The translations under genes were made by a program, and so were the position numbers. From Lachnospiraceae bacterium (GTDB lineage: Bacteria; Bacillota; Clostridia; Lachnospirales; Lachnospiraceae): a DNA stretch of 64,000 nt. Positions 7,594 through 17,920 of this stretch are shown here, piece after piece (position 1 is the stretch's first letter; each line of letters starts with the position of its first letter). The stretch is from contig JAFWDM010000045.1 of NCBI GenBank assembly GCA_017513005.1, positions 7,388-71,387 on the forward strand, given 5' to 3'. The notes under the pieces were generated by a model. The model saw only the letters and a program-made list of their open reading frames with translations, did not search any database and was not told the DNA's origin.

Positions 7594-10500
7594 ATGAAGA
7601 AAAATAAAATAAGAAGGCTGTTTGCAGCCACACTTACATTTATGATCCTGGGGGCGAATCTGTACCTGACAAGCGCGGCAGAGCCTGCAGGAATTTTTGC
7701 GCCCACGGGTCCGTCGCAGGAAAACCTTTCAGAGGAAGAGAAAATGTCCGCCTCCGGCTTCACCGCAGACACTGCGGCTGCGGCGCTGGAGGAGGAAGAA
7801 GCGGGCGAGGGTGGTTTCCGGGATGACGGGCCCGCAGAGGAAGCAGACACTGCAGACACGGAAGAGGATGTGGAAGCCGTGGACCGGCAGGAGCCTGCAG
7901 AGGACGCTGAAACCGGAGACGATGCGGGAAACGCCGGGGAAGGAGATCCCGGGGCGGAAGGCGGGGCGGCCGGAGAAGATCAGGAGACTGCCCGGGAAGA
8001 CAATGCAGGATCCGGAGATACTGAGCCTCCTTCCGAATCAGTGGAGGCAGAGCAGGAAGAAGAGGACGTTCCTGATACCGCTGAAGAGAAGGCGGTTCTC
8101 CCGGAGGATGCCGGGCAGGATGCGGAAATCGCAGTCGAAGAACCGGATCCTGAGGCAGAGCCGGAACTAAAGGAGCTCGTCGCGGAAGGAAAGGGCTATC
8201 GGGTCCGCGTCATCTATGATGCATACGCGCAGCTCCCGGAAAGGGTAGAACTTGTTGCGGGAGAGTATCCAAAGGACAGTGAAGAATATATTGAAAACAG
8301 GCAGAAGCTGATCGAAATGCTCCTGGATGAGGATAAAGCCGCACAGGCGCGGCGGGATGCAGCAGGAGTCACTGAGCGAAAGGAAGAAGCGGAAGGCGCC
8401 CGCGAGGAGGAAAACAGGGCGGAGGAAGCACGCCGGGAAGCAGCCACGGAAGAGAGGGAGGATGAAGAACCTGCGCCGCAGGATGCGCAGGAGGAATCTC
8501 CTGCAGATACGCCTGCAGCGAAAGAAGATACGGGATCCGCTGCAGACGATACTGCACCGAAAGAAACGAAGCCGGAATTCGACACAGAAAAGGCGGAATC
8601 CGGGCCGGAATCCGCCATAGAAGAAGTGGAATCTAAGCTGGAACCCGACACGGAAGAAGCGAATTCAGAAGATACAGAGGCGGAACCGGCCGGGGATGCG
8701 GCGACAGGGAAAGCAGAAGCCGTCGCTTCTGATGAACAGGCTGGCGAATCGGCCGAGGCAGGCGGGGCAGAGCCCCCGCATTCGCAGGAAACGGCCGAAA
8801 CAGACGAGGCAGAGCCTACGGCTTCAGAGGAGACGGCAGGGACGAAGCCTGCGGTTTCGGAGCAGACGGCCGAAACAGAGGAGGCAGAGCCTGCGGCTTC
8901 AGAGGAGGCGACCGGAACAGACCGGGCAGAGTTCGCAGTTCCGCAGGAGACAGTCGAGACAAAGCCTGCGGCTTCGAAGCAGACGGTCCGAACAGACAAA
9001 GAAGAACCTGTGGTTCCGGAGGAGGCTGCCGGGACGAAGTCCACTGCTTCGGAGGAAACATACAGAACAGACGAACAAAGCGAAACCGCTGAAAAAACAG
9101 CCACAGAAGACAATGCGGCCCGGGTGACAGTCTACGAGCAGGAGGCTCCGGAGACAGAGGATGGATTTACTTTTGACCTGCTGCGGCAGTTTGACATCAG
9201 TCTGATCGCTGACGGACGGGAGATCGAGCCTGCGGAGGCAGTGCGCGTAGAGATCGAACTTATGAAGGTCGAGGTGGAGGAGGAGATTTCCGTTCTGCAC
9301 TTCGGCGAGGAAAAGACGGAGCTGTTCGAAGGAGAGACGGCGGAGACGACCATCAGCGAGAAGCCGGTGTCCAGCACGGTGGCTTTTGCCATGGATAGCT
9401 TCTCGAACGTGACGGTCTGGACAGGCGCAACTCCCTATACAGGACAGTCCTATACGGTCGATGTCGATCCGACCAATATGGGCACAAATGCCTATTCGAC
9501 GGCGGGAATCGCGGCCGACTATCCGCTCACCCAGACAAACGGCAGGATCACCCTCCCTACAGTGGCGCAGGTGGCCGATCCCACCGCCTACTATGTGGAC
9601 CGGACCGATCAGGGCAAGGGCGGCTACCGGTTCAATGGCTGGGTGGATGTAGGCAGCAGGACCTGGTATGCCCCCGGCAGTGAGGTGCAGGTTTCCGGAA
9701 ACATGACCTTTTATGCGGACTGGGTGCCGACGACCTACGATATCGGCACCGGATCGAATGTATCCGGTCGGTCGGTGGATACGGACGGATTTGTCACGAC
9801 CCATGTCTTTGACTACAGCGACCTCTTCAACCTGCCCTATGCCAGCCTGGTCAATACACCCGGATCGGGATGGCCCGGATATCCCGGCTATACGCCGCCC
9901 GGCAGGAGCTGGAACCAGGCTTCCGGAAACAACCTCCTGCTTTTTGATTCGACAGGCGGAAACGGCACGCTCTCCAGAATGGGCGGGAGAGGAACGAACG
10001 CGACAGACCACTCCGGCAACATCAACAGCGCCCCGGGGTGGGCGGACAACTATGCCATCGGCGTGATCACGCCCGGGATCGGCACAGGGACATGGCTGAG
10101 CCGGTTTTTTGATCCGGATAACGCCATGACGGTCATGGAGAGCAGCCAGAGCACCTCCCACAATGACGGCGGCGTCATAGGGAAGACCTATGTGGGCACA
10201 GGCAATTACCTGTACAGCTATGACGACATCTCCGGTTACTACTACTATGACAGTTCCAAAAATGCGGCTTCCTATAATAAGTCCGCCAACCGCTTTTATG
10301 TCTACAACTATACGGAACAGGCCCAGCCCTCCCTGGGGCGCAATGAGAGTGATTTCCTGCCCTTTAATACAGGACGGAGCGGCCAGAATGCCTATGACAA
10401 TACCCAGGGCCAGGTAAACTATTGGTTCGGTATGTCCACCGAAGTCGACTTCTTCCTGCCCAACGATCCCGGTTCGCGGGATCCGCAGACCAACGCCTAC

Positions 10501-12540
10501 GGCAACCGGTCAATCTCCGGAGATGACATGGTCTACCGCTTCTCCGGCGACGACGACGTCTGGGTCTATGTGGACGATCAGCTGGTCCTGGATATGGGCG
10601 GCGTCCACGATGTGGTGTACGGAGAGATCAATTTTTCGACGGGACAATGGATGACCGTCCAGGCGACAGCGGAGGGAAACGGCGGAACAGGAGGCGGTCT
10701 GCAATATGACCAGAACGGCGTCCTCAGCTATGTCTCCGGCGGCCGGGTCACAAGAGGACAGCTCTCCAATACGGTTTTGGCCGGCGACCACAAGCTGAAA
10801 ATGTACTATCTCGAGCGGGGCGCCTCCCAGTCCAATGCGGCCATCTATTTCAATATCGCACCCAGGTACGGCCTGGAGCTGACCAAATGGAACAGCGACC
10901 AGCACAGTATCCTGCTCCCGGGGGCTGAGTTCTCCGTATTTCTCGATGCGGCATGTACGATCCCGGCCTCCCTGTGGGACAGCAAGCAGGACTGCGACGC
11001 CCGGAATCCCGCAAAAAATGTTTTTACGACAAGGGAAGACGGTACCTTTTACGCATACGGTCTGATCGCCGGATATACCTACTATCTGAAGGAGACAGGT
11101 ATTCCGCTTCATTATATGACGGAGTCGGATGACCCCATCGCGCTCCGGTTGGATAACGCGGGAAATGTGACGCTGCCGCAGGGGGAGACCTTTGTGACCG
11201 TGGAACGCGACGATGCGCAGAAAGAGCTGTCCATGCACGTATCCAACAAGCCCGGAATCGCTGTCGACGTGGAAAAGAGATGGTTCTATGAAGACGGCAG
11301 CCCGATGGAGGCGGAGGATATCCCCGGCAGTATAACCGTAGGGCTGTACCGGTGGCCAAAGCCTGCCGGAGGCGGTTCCGGAGGCGGCAGCGGTTCCGGC
11401 AGCGGAGGCTCCGGCGGTCAGGTGATGCCGGACATCCGGGTACCGGTCAATATCAGCACGCGCTATTTTGACAGCGTTCCCGGGGGCAATTCCAACGGAC
11501 ACAATATGGAGACCGGCTACGTCAAAATCGGCGATGTCTCGGTCAATACGACTGTACAGTACGGGAGTAAAGTCCGCTTTACGGTCAACGGGACAGGAGG
11601 AACGGCCGGCGTGTATTCCGTCCTCATCAACGGGCGGCGCGCGGAGCCGGTCTCCAGATCCAACCGCTCCACAGAGAACTGCTATATCGGCGGAAGCTGG
11701 GGCAACTATCCCAACAGGACGGAAGTATACGAAGTCGACACCGTGACAGAGGGTCTCCAGATCCAGGTTCAGCTGATCGGCTATCTGGGGTATGAAGGCT
11801 CCACGCCTCTTGTGAGCAGGACGATCGGTATCGCGACGGAGGTGACGCCTCCGGCGCAACCTGATCCGCCCCAGCCGCCGGATCCCGGCCCCGGCCCTGA
11901 CCCCGATCCCGGGGAGGTTGAGGTCCCCGGTACCCGGCCGGAGGATGCGGAGCTTATAGACACGCAGGTTCTGTCCTCCGGAAACGGCTGGAAGTACAAA
12001 TGGGAGGACCTCGAGGGAGGATATTACTACTACGTCGAGGAGCTGGAAAATGATATTCTCGCCCTCTATGACGTGTTCTACAGCGGCAACGGTATAGAGA
12101 CGGGCTCTGTAGTGATCAACAATATACAAAAGCCGGAGCCGCCGGCGATCGAGATCGAGGTGGACAAGGTCTGGTCGGACGGCAATGAAAACCATCCGTC
12201 ACCGGAAAAGATCACCGTCTATCTGCTGCGCGATGAAGTGCGCACAGGAGACTCGCTGGAGCTGCATGCAGGAAACAACTGGCACGGCACCTTCCCTGAC
12301 CTTCCCGTTCAGGATGAAAGCGGCCGGGCTTACAAATACGAGGTGGAGGAGGTGACCGTCGAGGGCTATACATCCGCAGTCACGGGAAATGCGGACGACG
12401 GATACGTCATCACCAATACGCGTCTCTACGTCCTTCCGGAGACCGGTGCGGGCGGGACCTGGGCCAATACGATCTACGGCTGCATGCTCTTCCTGCTGGG
12501 GATCCTCCTCTTTGCAGGAGTCGGCTGGAAGGAAACGTAG
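7594..12540 (+). CDS. Large LPXTG-anchored pilus tip adhesin (acidic N-terminal region, fibro-slime domain, SpaA-like and Cna-B domains)
   Basis: Signal peptide from MKKNK (ATG 7594 after a ggaga RBS). Fibro-slime motif YRFSGDDDVWVYVDDQLVLDMGGVH, SpaA-like LTKWNS...GAEF...YYLKET, Cna-B VDKVWSDG...YEVEE, and LPETG followed by a TM segment and charged tail. Confidence 0.88.
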   Translation: MKKNKIRRLFAATLTFMILGANLYLTSAAEPAGIFAPTGPSQENLSEEEKMSASGFTADTAAAALEEEEAGEGGFRDDGPAEEADTADTEEDVEAVDRQEPAEDAETGDDAGNAGEGDPGAEGGAAGEDQETAREDNAGSGDTEPPSESVEAEQEEEDVPDTAEEKAVLPEDAGQDAEIAVEEPDPEAEPELKELVAEGKGYRVRVIYDAYAQLPERVELVAGEYPKDSEEYIENRQKLIEMLLDEDKAAQARRDAAGVTERKEEAEGAREEENRAEEARREAATEEREDEEPAPQDAQEESPADTPAAKEDTGSAADDTAPKETKPEFDTEKAESGPESAIEEVESKLEPDTEEANSEDTEAEPAGDAATGKAEAVASDEQAGESAEAGGAEPPHSQETAETDEAEPTASEETAGTKPAVSEQTAETEEAEPAASEEATGTDRAEFAVPQETVETKPAASKQTVRTDKEEPVVPEEAAGTKSTASEETYRTDEQSETAEKTATEDNAARVTVYEQEAPETEDGFTFDLLRQFDISLIADGREIEPAEAVRVEIELMKVEVEEEISVLHFGEEKTELFEGETAETTISEKPVSSTVAFAMDSFSNVTVWTGATPYTGQSYTVDVDPTNMGTNAYSTAGIAADYPLTQTNGRITLPTVAQVADPTAYYVDRTDQGKGGYRFNGWVDVGSRTWYAPGSEVQVSGNMTFYADWVPTTYDIGTGSNVSGRSVDTDGFVTTHVFDYSDLFNLPYASLVNTPGSGWPGYPGYTPPGRSWNQASGNNLLLFDSTGGNGTLSRMGGRGTNATDHSGNINSAPGWADNYAIGVITPGIGTGTWLSRFFDPDNAMTVMESSQSTSHNDGGVIGKTYVGTGNYLYSYDDISGYYYYDSSKNAASYNKSANRFYVYNYTEQAQPSLGRNESDFLPFNTGRSGQNAYDNTQGQVNYWFGMSTEVDFFLPNDPGSRDPQTNAYGNRSISGDDMVYRFSGDDDVWVYVDDQLVLDMGGVHDVVYGEINFSTGQWMTVQATAEGNGGTGGGLQYDQNGVLSYVSGGRVTRGQLSNTVLAGDHKLKMYYLERGASQSNAAIYFNIAPRYGLELTKWNSDQHSILLPGAEFSVFLDAACTIPASLWDSKQDCDARNPAKNVFTTREDGTFYAYGLIAGYTYYLKETGIPLHYMTESDDPIALRLDNAGNVTLPQGETFVTVERDDAQKELSMHVSNKPGIAVDVEKRWFYEDGSPMEAEDIPGSITVGLYRWPKPAGGGSGGGSGSGSGGSGGQVMPDIRVPVNISTRYFDSVPGGNSNGHNMETGYVKIGDVSVNTTVQYGSKVRFTVNGTGGTAGVYSVLINGRRAEPVSRSNRSTENCYIGGSWGNYPNRTEVYEVDTVTEGLQIQVQLIGYLGYEGSTPLVSRTIGIATEVTPPAQPDPPQPPDPGPGPDPDPGEVEVPGTRPEDAELIDTQVLSSGNGWKYKWEDLEGGYYYYVEELENDILALYDVFYSGNGIETGSVVINNIQKPEPPAIEIEVDKVWSDGNENHPSPEKITVYLLRDEVRTGDSLELHAGNNWHGTFPDLPVQDESGRAYKYEVEEVTVEGYTSAVTGNADDGYVITNTRLYVLPETGAGGTWANTIYGCMLFLLGILLFAGVGWKET
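8791..8907 (+). repeat. Intragenic 75-bp-period repeat in the acidic region of the adhesin
   Basis: acggccgaaacaga(c/g)gaggcagagcct(a/g)cggcttcagaggag at 8791 and 8866 (TAET.EAEP.ASEE). Confidence 0.75.
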
Positions 12541-12770
12541 GAAAGCATTATGCGTATGCCACCGCCCGGTTTTCCCCCATACACCATCATGGAACGAGCT
12601 CTGTTCCTACGGGCGGATGACATAAAAGGGCCTGGTGCAGAACAGCTGCAGGGGACCCGGACCGGAAAACCAGCAGGACTTCCGGCCCGCCTGTATGCTG
12701 TTTTGTGACAGACCCGCAGCTTATCAGCGGGAGTGATCCCATGCAATGACAAGAAAGGAGTAAAAGATTT

Positions 12771-14462
12771 ATGGCGCAAAAACTGAAAAGAATCGGAGCA
12801 GTCCTGATTGCGTCGATCATGGCACTGGCGCTGTGCCTGCCGGCATTCGCTTCTGAGGCGGATGTCAACGGTCTGCCCTCTGCTGCTGACAGAGGGGAGG
12901 TCAGTATCAGCGGACTGAAGGAGGGCGATACGGTCACCTTCTACCAGATCGTGAAGGCCAATTATGATGACGAGGCCGGATTTACGGGATATGTAGCCGT
13001 CAAGGATGCTTCCATCCCCCTTTTTGATGCGGAGGGCAACGCCCTTTATCCCACCGCCGATCAGGCGGCTGCGCTTGCAGCGGATCCGACCGGACTGCCG
13101 TCTGTAGCAGCTGACGCCCCGGCAGGCTCGGACGGAACTGTCACACAGGCGCTGGCGGCCGGCGAATGGCTGGCAATCGTCACTCCCGGAGCAACTAATA
13201 CGGACACCGTCTACAACCCGCTTGTACTCAGCGTTTACTACACGGCAAACGGCAGCGAGATCAACGGCGGCGACGTAACGCTCGGCAAGGATACCGTCTT
13301 TACGATCAACGGCGATCAGGGCTATGTGAAGAAGAGCGAAGTCGATATCGACAAAAAGATCGTGACCCCCGAAGAGGGCAGGACCGATGTCGCAAACGAG
13401 CACGGCGATGATCTCGCCATCGGAGATACCATTAACTTTGAGATCAGTTCCCTGATCCCGGCCTACAGCGCGGAATATCAGTCTGTCGTCTACAGGATCA
13501 CGGACGAAATGGACAACAGTCTGGACCTGGACGGGAACAGTATTGTCGTGACGGTCGGCGGTACGGAAGTCGAAGCGGCTGCCGACACCTTCGAAGTCAC
13601 TCCGGGCGCCCATGGATTCGCCATCAACTTTAACTCTGATTACGTGCTCGGCATGGGGGAAGCCACTGACGCGCAGAGAAAGGTCGTCGTCACGTACAGC
13701 GCCTCTCTGAACAGCAGTGCGACTGTCAACTTTGATGAGAACAACAACAAGGCGACCGTCGAGTTCACAAACAGTCCTGACGAGAGTGCGGAGCCCGTCA
13801 AGAAGGAAAAGGAGACGCACCAGTACACCTTCGAGATCGACGGTGCGATCAACGGATCCTCTGCGACGATCAACCGCAAGGGCCATGAGCTGATCAAGGT
13901 GGATGAAAACGGTGCCCCCCAGAACATCGGGTGGGTCAATGACGGTGTTGTGGAGACTGAGGTTACTACCGGCCTTGCGGGCGCCAAGTTTACGCTCACC
14001 TATGTCAGGGATGCGGACGGAAACGAGATTGCCCAGGGCGATACCAGACGCAGAGTATACAATGCTACTACAGACAGCAATGGTTACTTCAACGGGTTCA
14101 CCGGTCTTGATGCAGGAACCTATATCCTGAAGGAGTCCGAAGCCCCGCAGAATTACACGCTGGATCCCACAGAGCACACTGTCGTGATCAGTGCCCAGTA
14201 CAATGAGGAAGGCTATCTGGTATCCTTTACGATCCTGATCGATGGAGAAGCGACTTCCACCTATAAGGCAACCTATGTGGATGGAGAAGTCACAGAGATC
14301 ACGACGGAGGGCGAGCCTGAGACGACATTTATCAAGAACGTCAAGCTCAATACGCTTCCTTCCACCGGCGGCACGGGCACATACATCCTGACCATCATCG
14401 GGGTTGCTGTATTTGCCCTTGCAGCAAGGCTCGCCATCGCCGGCAGAAAAAAGACACAGTAA
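12771..14462 (+). CDS. Major (backbone) pilin of a sortase-assembled pilus
   Basis: RBS aaggag, signal peptide, D2 domain LAIGDTINFEI, E-box YILKESEAPQNY, and LPSTG followed by a TM segment and RKK tail. Confidence 0.9.
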   Translation: MAQKLKRIGAVLIASIMALALCLPAFASEADVNGLPSAADRGEVSISGLKEGDTVTFYQIVKANYDDEAGFTGYVAVKDASIPLFDAEGNALYPTADQAAALAADPTGLPSVAADAPAGSDGTVTQALAAGEWLAIVTPGATNTDTVYNPLVLSVYYTANGSEINGGDVTLGKDTVFTINGDQGYVKKSEVDIDKKIVTPEEGRTDVANEHGDDLAIGDTINFEISSLIPAYSAEYQSVVYRITDEMDNSLDLDGNSIVVTVGGTEVEAAADTFEVTPGAHGFAINFNSDYVLGMGEATDAQRKVVVTYSASLNSSATVNFDENNNKATVEFTNSPDESAEPVKKEKETHQYTFEIDGAINGSSATINRKGHELIKVDENGAPQNIGWVNDGVVETEVTTGLAGAKFTLTYVRDADGNEIAQGDTRRRVYNATTDSNGYFNGFTGLDAGTYILKESEAPQNYTLDPTEHTVVISAQYNEEGYLVSFTILIDGEATSTYKATYVDGEVTEITTEGEPETTFIKNVKLNTLPSTGGTGTYILTIIGVAVFALAARLAIAGRKKTQ

Positions 14463-14804
14463 ACACCGATAAATATAAACAAATCGTATAACAGTGCCGA
14501 ATGCACTTTTCTCTACAACAGTAATGCAATCAGCTTTTAGACAGGTGAGAGAATGTACTTCTACAGCCTGCAGAACATCCTCCCGCGGGCTTCCTGTGGG
14601 AGGGAGAAACTGACCTGAAGACTCCTGATTGTACTTGAAAAGGAAGGGGCGCGAACAGCGCCCCGGACTTTTCAGTACAGCGGGGATCCGCCATAACCCG
14701 ATCCTGATAGTTCGGATCTGCAGGTTTCGGGAGCATACTCAGTAAGGAACTGTCCGAAAACATTTAAGTGACAGGCCCTGACCTTATCAAGAAAGGATAT
14801 TCAT

Positions 14805-15674
14805 ATGTCGCACGGCATCACGATCAGACGGCTCACAGCAGCCGCCGTTGCCGCAGCCGGACTTCTTATTTTGTTCTATCCCAATATCAGTGATGCCTGG
14901 AATCAGAAAAGAGCCAGTGAACTTGCGACGGAGTATGAACAGTCTGTCGCTTCTCTTGAAGACACCGAAGTGGAAAAGATTCTGGCCGACGCGAGAATCT
15001 ATAACAAGGCACTTGTAGGATCTCAGGTTCCGGCTGCGTTTCTGGAGCATGAGAGAAAGCCGGACCCGGAGTATGAAAAGCAGTTAAATCCGACCGGAAC
15101 AGGTATGATGGGAGAGGTCGAGATCCCCTGCATCAATGTGCGTATTCCGGTTCGTCATTATGCGGATGACCTGTCTCTGGAAAGGGGAGCCGGGCATCTA
15201 CCCGGCAGCAGTCTTCCGGTCGGGGGAGACAGTACGCACAGTGTGATCACAGCGCACAGGGGCCTGCAGGAAATGAGGCTCTTTACAGACCTGGACCGCG
15301 TGCGGGAGGGGAATCTCTTTTATCTTCGGATCCTTGGAGACACAATGGCCTATGAAGTGGATCAGATCCTGACAGTAGAGCCCACGGAAACTTCATCGCT
15401 CGCGATCACAGCCGGGAAGGACCAGTGTACGCTCGTGACGTGTACACCCTACGCGCTGAACACCCACCGCCTTCTGGTGAGAGGGCACCGGATCCCTTAT
15501 GGAGCAGAGGAGTATGAGGAGGAGTCCGCCTATACCGCGCCGCCGTCTCTTGTTTCCGTGCGTAACCGCATAATCTGTGCCGCTGCCGGCGTACTTCTGG
15601 CGTTTGTGCTGGAATTTTCCATTCGCAGCATTCGAAATCGATTTATTAAAGCAGCGGAAGAGGAAAAAGAATAG
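14805..15674 (+). CDS. srtC: Class C (pilin) sortase
   Basis: AHRG, TLVTCTPY and HRLLVRG catalytic His/Cys/Arg motifs, with N- and C-terminal TM segments. Confidence 0.95.
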   Translation: MSHGITIRRLTAAAVAAAGLLILFYPNISDAWNQKRASELATEYEQSVASLEDTEVEKILADARIYNKALVGSQVPAAFLEHERKPDPEYEKQLNPTGTGMMGEVEIPCINVRIPVRHYADDLSLERGAGHLPGSSLPVGGDSTHSVITAHRGLQEMRLFTDLDRVREGNLFYLRILGDTMAYEVDQILTVEPTETSSLAITAGKDQCTLVTCTPYALNTHRLLVRGHRIPYGAEEYEEESAYTAPPSLVSVRNRIICAAAGVLLAFVLEFSIRSIRNRFIKAAEEEKE

Positions 15675-15805
15675 AAATATACGGAAGAATTGAAATAGGA
15701 AAAAAGGGAAAAGAAAAGATAAAAGAACGGAATCCCTGGAGGCCCCGGTTCCGGAGGCCGCCGGGAGGATGGAGATGCCGGCGCATTCGATGAGGGAGGT
15801 TTTGC

Positions 15806-16666
15806 TTGAAGAAAACGGGACGTCTTTTATACAGGACGCTGGTCGTTTCCCTGTTTGCCATATCCGGAGGGATCCTGCTGTATCCGACTGCCAGTGCAGC
15901 CTGGAACGGCTTTGTCGCCGGACAGCGCATCACAGCCTATGAGGAGGCTGCTTCGGAGATGGAGCAGAACCGGAGAGAAAGGATCCTGGAGGACGCCCGG
16001 GCTTATAACAGACAGCATCTCTTTAATACGATCGCAGATGCTTTTGACGGTGACGGGAGCTATATCCGCACCCACCCCTATGACAGCCTTCTGGATCCGG
16101 GCGGGGATGGCGTGATGGGCTATCTGGAGATCCCGAAAATACAGCAGGACCTTGTCATCTTTCATGGTACCGGGACGACAGCCCTGGAGAGGGGAGTGGG
16201 GCATGTAGAAGGTACTTCTCTGCCTGTAGGCGGAGAATCCACACATGCTGTTCTGGCCGGACATCGGGGACTGCAGCAGGCGCGCCTTTTTACGGATCTG
16301 GACCTTCTGGCGGAAGGGGATAAATTTTTCCTCCATGTGCTGGGAGATGTCTATGCCTATGAAATCGACCGGATCAGTGTGGTTCTGCCGGAGGAGACAC
16401 AACTGCTGGATATCGCGGACGGCGAGGACCTGGTGACCCTGGTCACATGTACTCCGTACGGGATCAACACCCACAGACTTCTGGTCCGGGGGTACAGGAT
16501 CCCCTACAGTGAGAAAGAACATGCGGAGGAGACGGCAAAAGCGAGACCGCTGGATCTCATGGACATTTCGCTGGCTGCCCTGCTCGCAGGGATTACTGCA
16601 ATGCTGGTGATCTGGATATATATGAGGAGACGAACAGAGCAAGGTGAGCATGGAGGTAAAAGATGA
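15806..16666 (+). CDS. srtC: Class C (pilin) sortase
   Basis: Lid DAF, GHRG, TLVTCTPY, HRLLVRG and a C-terminal TM segment. Confidence 0.95.
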   Translation: MKKTGRLLYRTLVVSLFAISGGILLYPTASAAWNGFVAGQRITAYEEAASEMEQNRRERILEDARAYNRQHLFNTIADAFDGDGSYIRTHPYDSLLDPGGDGVMGYLEIPKIQQDLVIFHGTGTTALERGVGHVEGTSLPVGGESTHAVLAGHRGLQQARLFTDLDLLAEGDKFFLHVLGDVYAYEIDRISVVLPEETQLLDIADGEDLVTLVTCTPYGINTHRLLVRGYRIPYSEKEHAEETAKARPLDLMDISLAALLAGITAMLVIWIYMRRRTEQGEHGGKR

Positions 16667-17631
16667 AAGACATCAGACGAATCGGAATTCAATACCGGAA
16701 AGAGCGCCTGGCTTTTGTTGATGGACGTGCCGGAAAGGGGACTTTGCAGCGGTATGATCTGTTTCCGGTCAAAGCTGCGGCTTTGCTGCTCGGCCTTGTT
16801 CTCTATTTAAACTCTGTATTTCTGTCTGTATCTGCGGCCGGAAGTATGGAGGAGACGGCTTCTCTGCAGGTTGAGATCTTTGCACAGAGTGATGACGGGA
16901 AATCCTCCTCACCTGTATCAGGCGCTTCGCTGACCGCAGTGCAGATCGCTTCCCTCAAGGACCCGGAGAGCACCAATGACGGTTCTCTCTATACAGTTAC
17001 GAAAGCTGCTGCCGGGGCCGGGATCACGGACGGGGACATCAAAAGGATGGATACTGCATCGTCCTCTGCCGTAGCCGGAAAAGCTGCGGGCGCTTTCCGG
17101 ACAGGCGGGAAGGCGGAGGATGAATTGAAAAGCGCTTTCGTTCGAAAGGCGGTTTCGGATGACAAAGGTGTCGCCTCCTTTGGATCGATCAGCATAGAGC
17201 ATTTCGGGATCTTTGTGGTCTATCAGACAGGTAAGAGCCGGGATGCCGCAAAATATCTTGATATAGAGCCCTTCCTGGTACAGGTGCCGCAGCCGGATGC
17301 GGAGAAGGCAGGCACATGGAATTACCAGGTGCGGACGATCCCTAAACTGGCAAAGCACACGCCGGTGCCGGAAAAACCTTCTACGCCCCCTGACACACCG
17401 GAGAAGCCGGAGGTCCCCGGCAAGCCGGAGAAACCATCTAAGCCGACGACTCCCTCAAAGACGACAAAAAAGACCACCGGCAGCAATTTGAAGGGCTCCT
17501 CCGGCCCGGTCAGGACCGGAGACCTGCAGAATCCTGCCCTGTGGGCGGGGCTCTTCGCAGCTGCCGGTCTGCTGCTCATCGTATTTGCAGTTCTGAGAAA
17601 AAAACTCCGGCGCAAAGAAGAAGAGCAGTAA
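16663..17631 (+). CDS. Minor/base pilin with a non-LPXTG sorting motif
   Basis: Hydrophobic N-terminal segment, pilin-like PFLVQVP...IPKL, Pro/Lys-rich linker, and VRTGD followed by a TM segment and RKKLRRK. Overlaps the second srtC stop by 4 bp. Confidence 0.75.
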   Translation: MKDIRRIGIQYRKERLAFVDGRAGKGTLQRYDLFPVKAAALLLGLVLYLNSVFLSVSAAGSMEETASLQVEIFAQSDDGKSSSPVSGASLTAVQIASLKDPESTNDGSLYTVTKAAAGAGITDGDIKRMDTASSSAVAGKAAGAFRTGGKAEDELKSAFVRKAVSDDKGVASFGSISIEHFGIFVVYQTGKSRDAAKYLDIEPFLVQVPQPDAEKAGTWNYQVRTIPKLAKHTPVPEKPSTPPDTPEKPEVPGKPEKPSKPTTPSKTTKKTTGSNLKGSSGPVRTGDLQNPALWAGLFAAAGLLLIVFAVLRKKLRRKEEEQ

Positions 17632-17920
17632 CGGCGACATCTTTTTCTGAGAAGTATACTACCTCCTTTTTTGCTGCAGCATTCGAGCAGCTGCAGTATT
17701 TCAGTGATCCTTCCGGAACAGCCTGCTCTGAAATCCACGGTTTTCAGACACGGGCGGTTTCGGGAGGATTTTTGTATTCGTGCCGGATAAACCCGGTTCT
17801 GAACACTATGAGATTTGTAGAAGGTTATTTTGATTTTGATAGAGTAAAGTATACAGTTTTCAAAGAGCGCAGCAATTAAAAAATCAGATTTCAGAGGAGG
17901 CAAGGGAAGGAGAAAGCGCT

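Noticed and set aside
12541-12770. c-di-GMP riboswitch upstream of the major pilin (also checked 7115-7593)
   Set aside because: I could not find the class I (GEMM) or class II consensus elements.
8899-14177. Long minus-strand ORFs (8899-10161, 10510-12195, 12474-14177)
   Set aside because: They are antisense to the adhesin and pilin, with no RBS or domain evidence.
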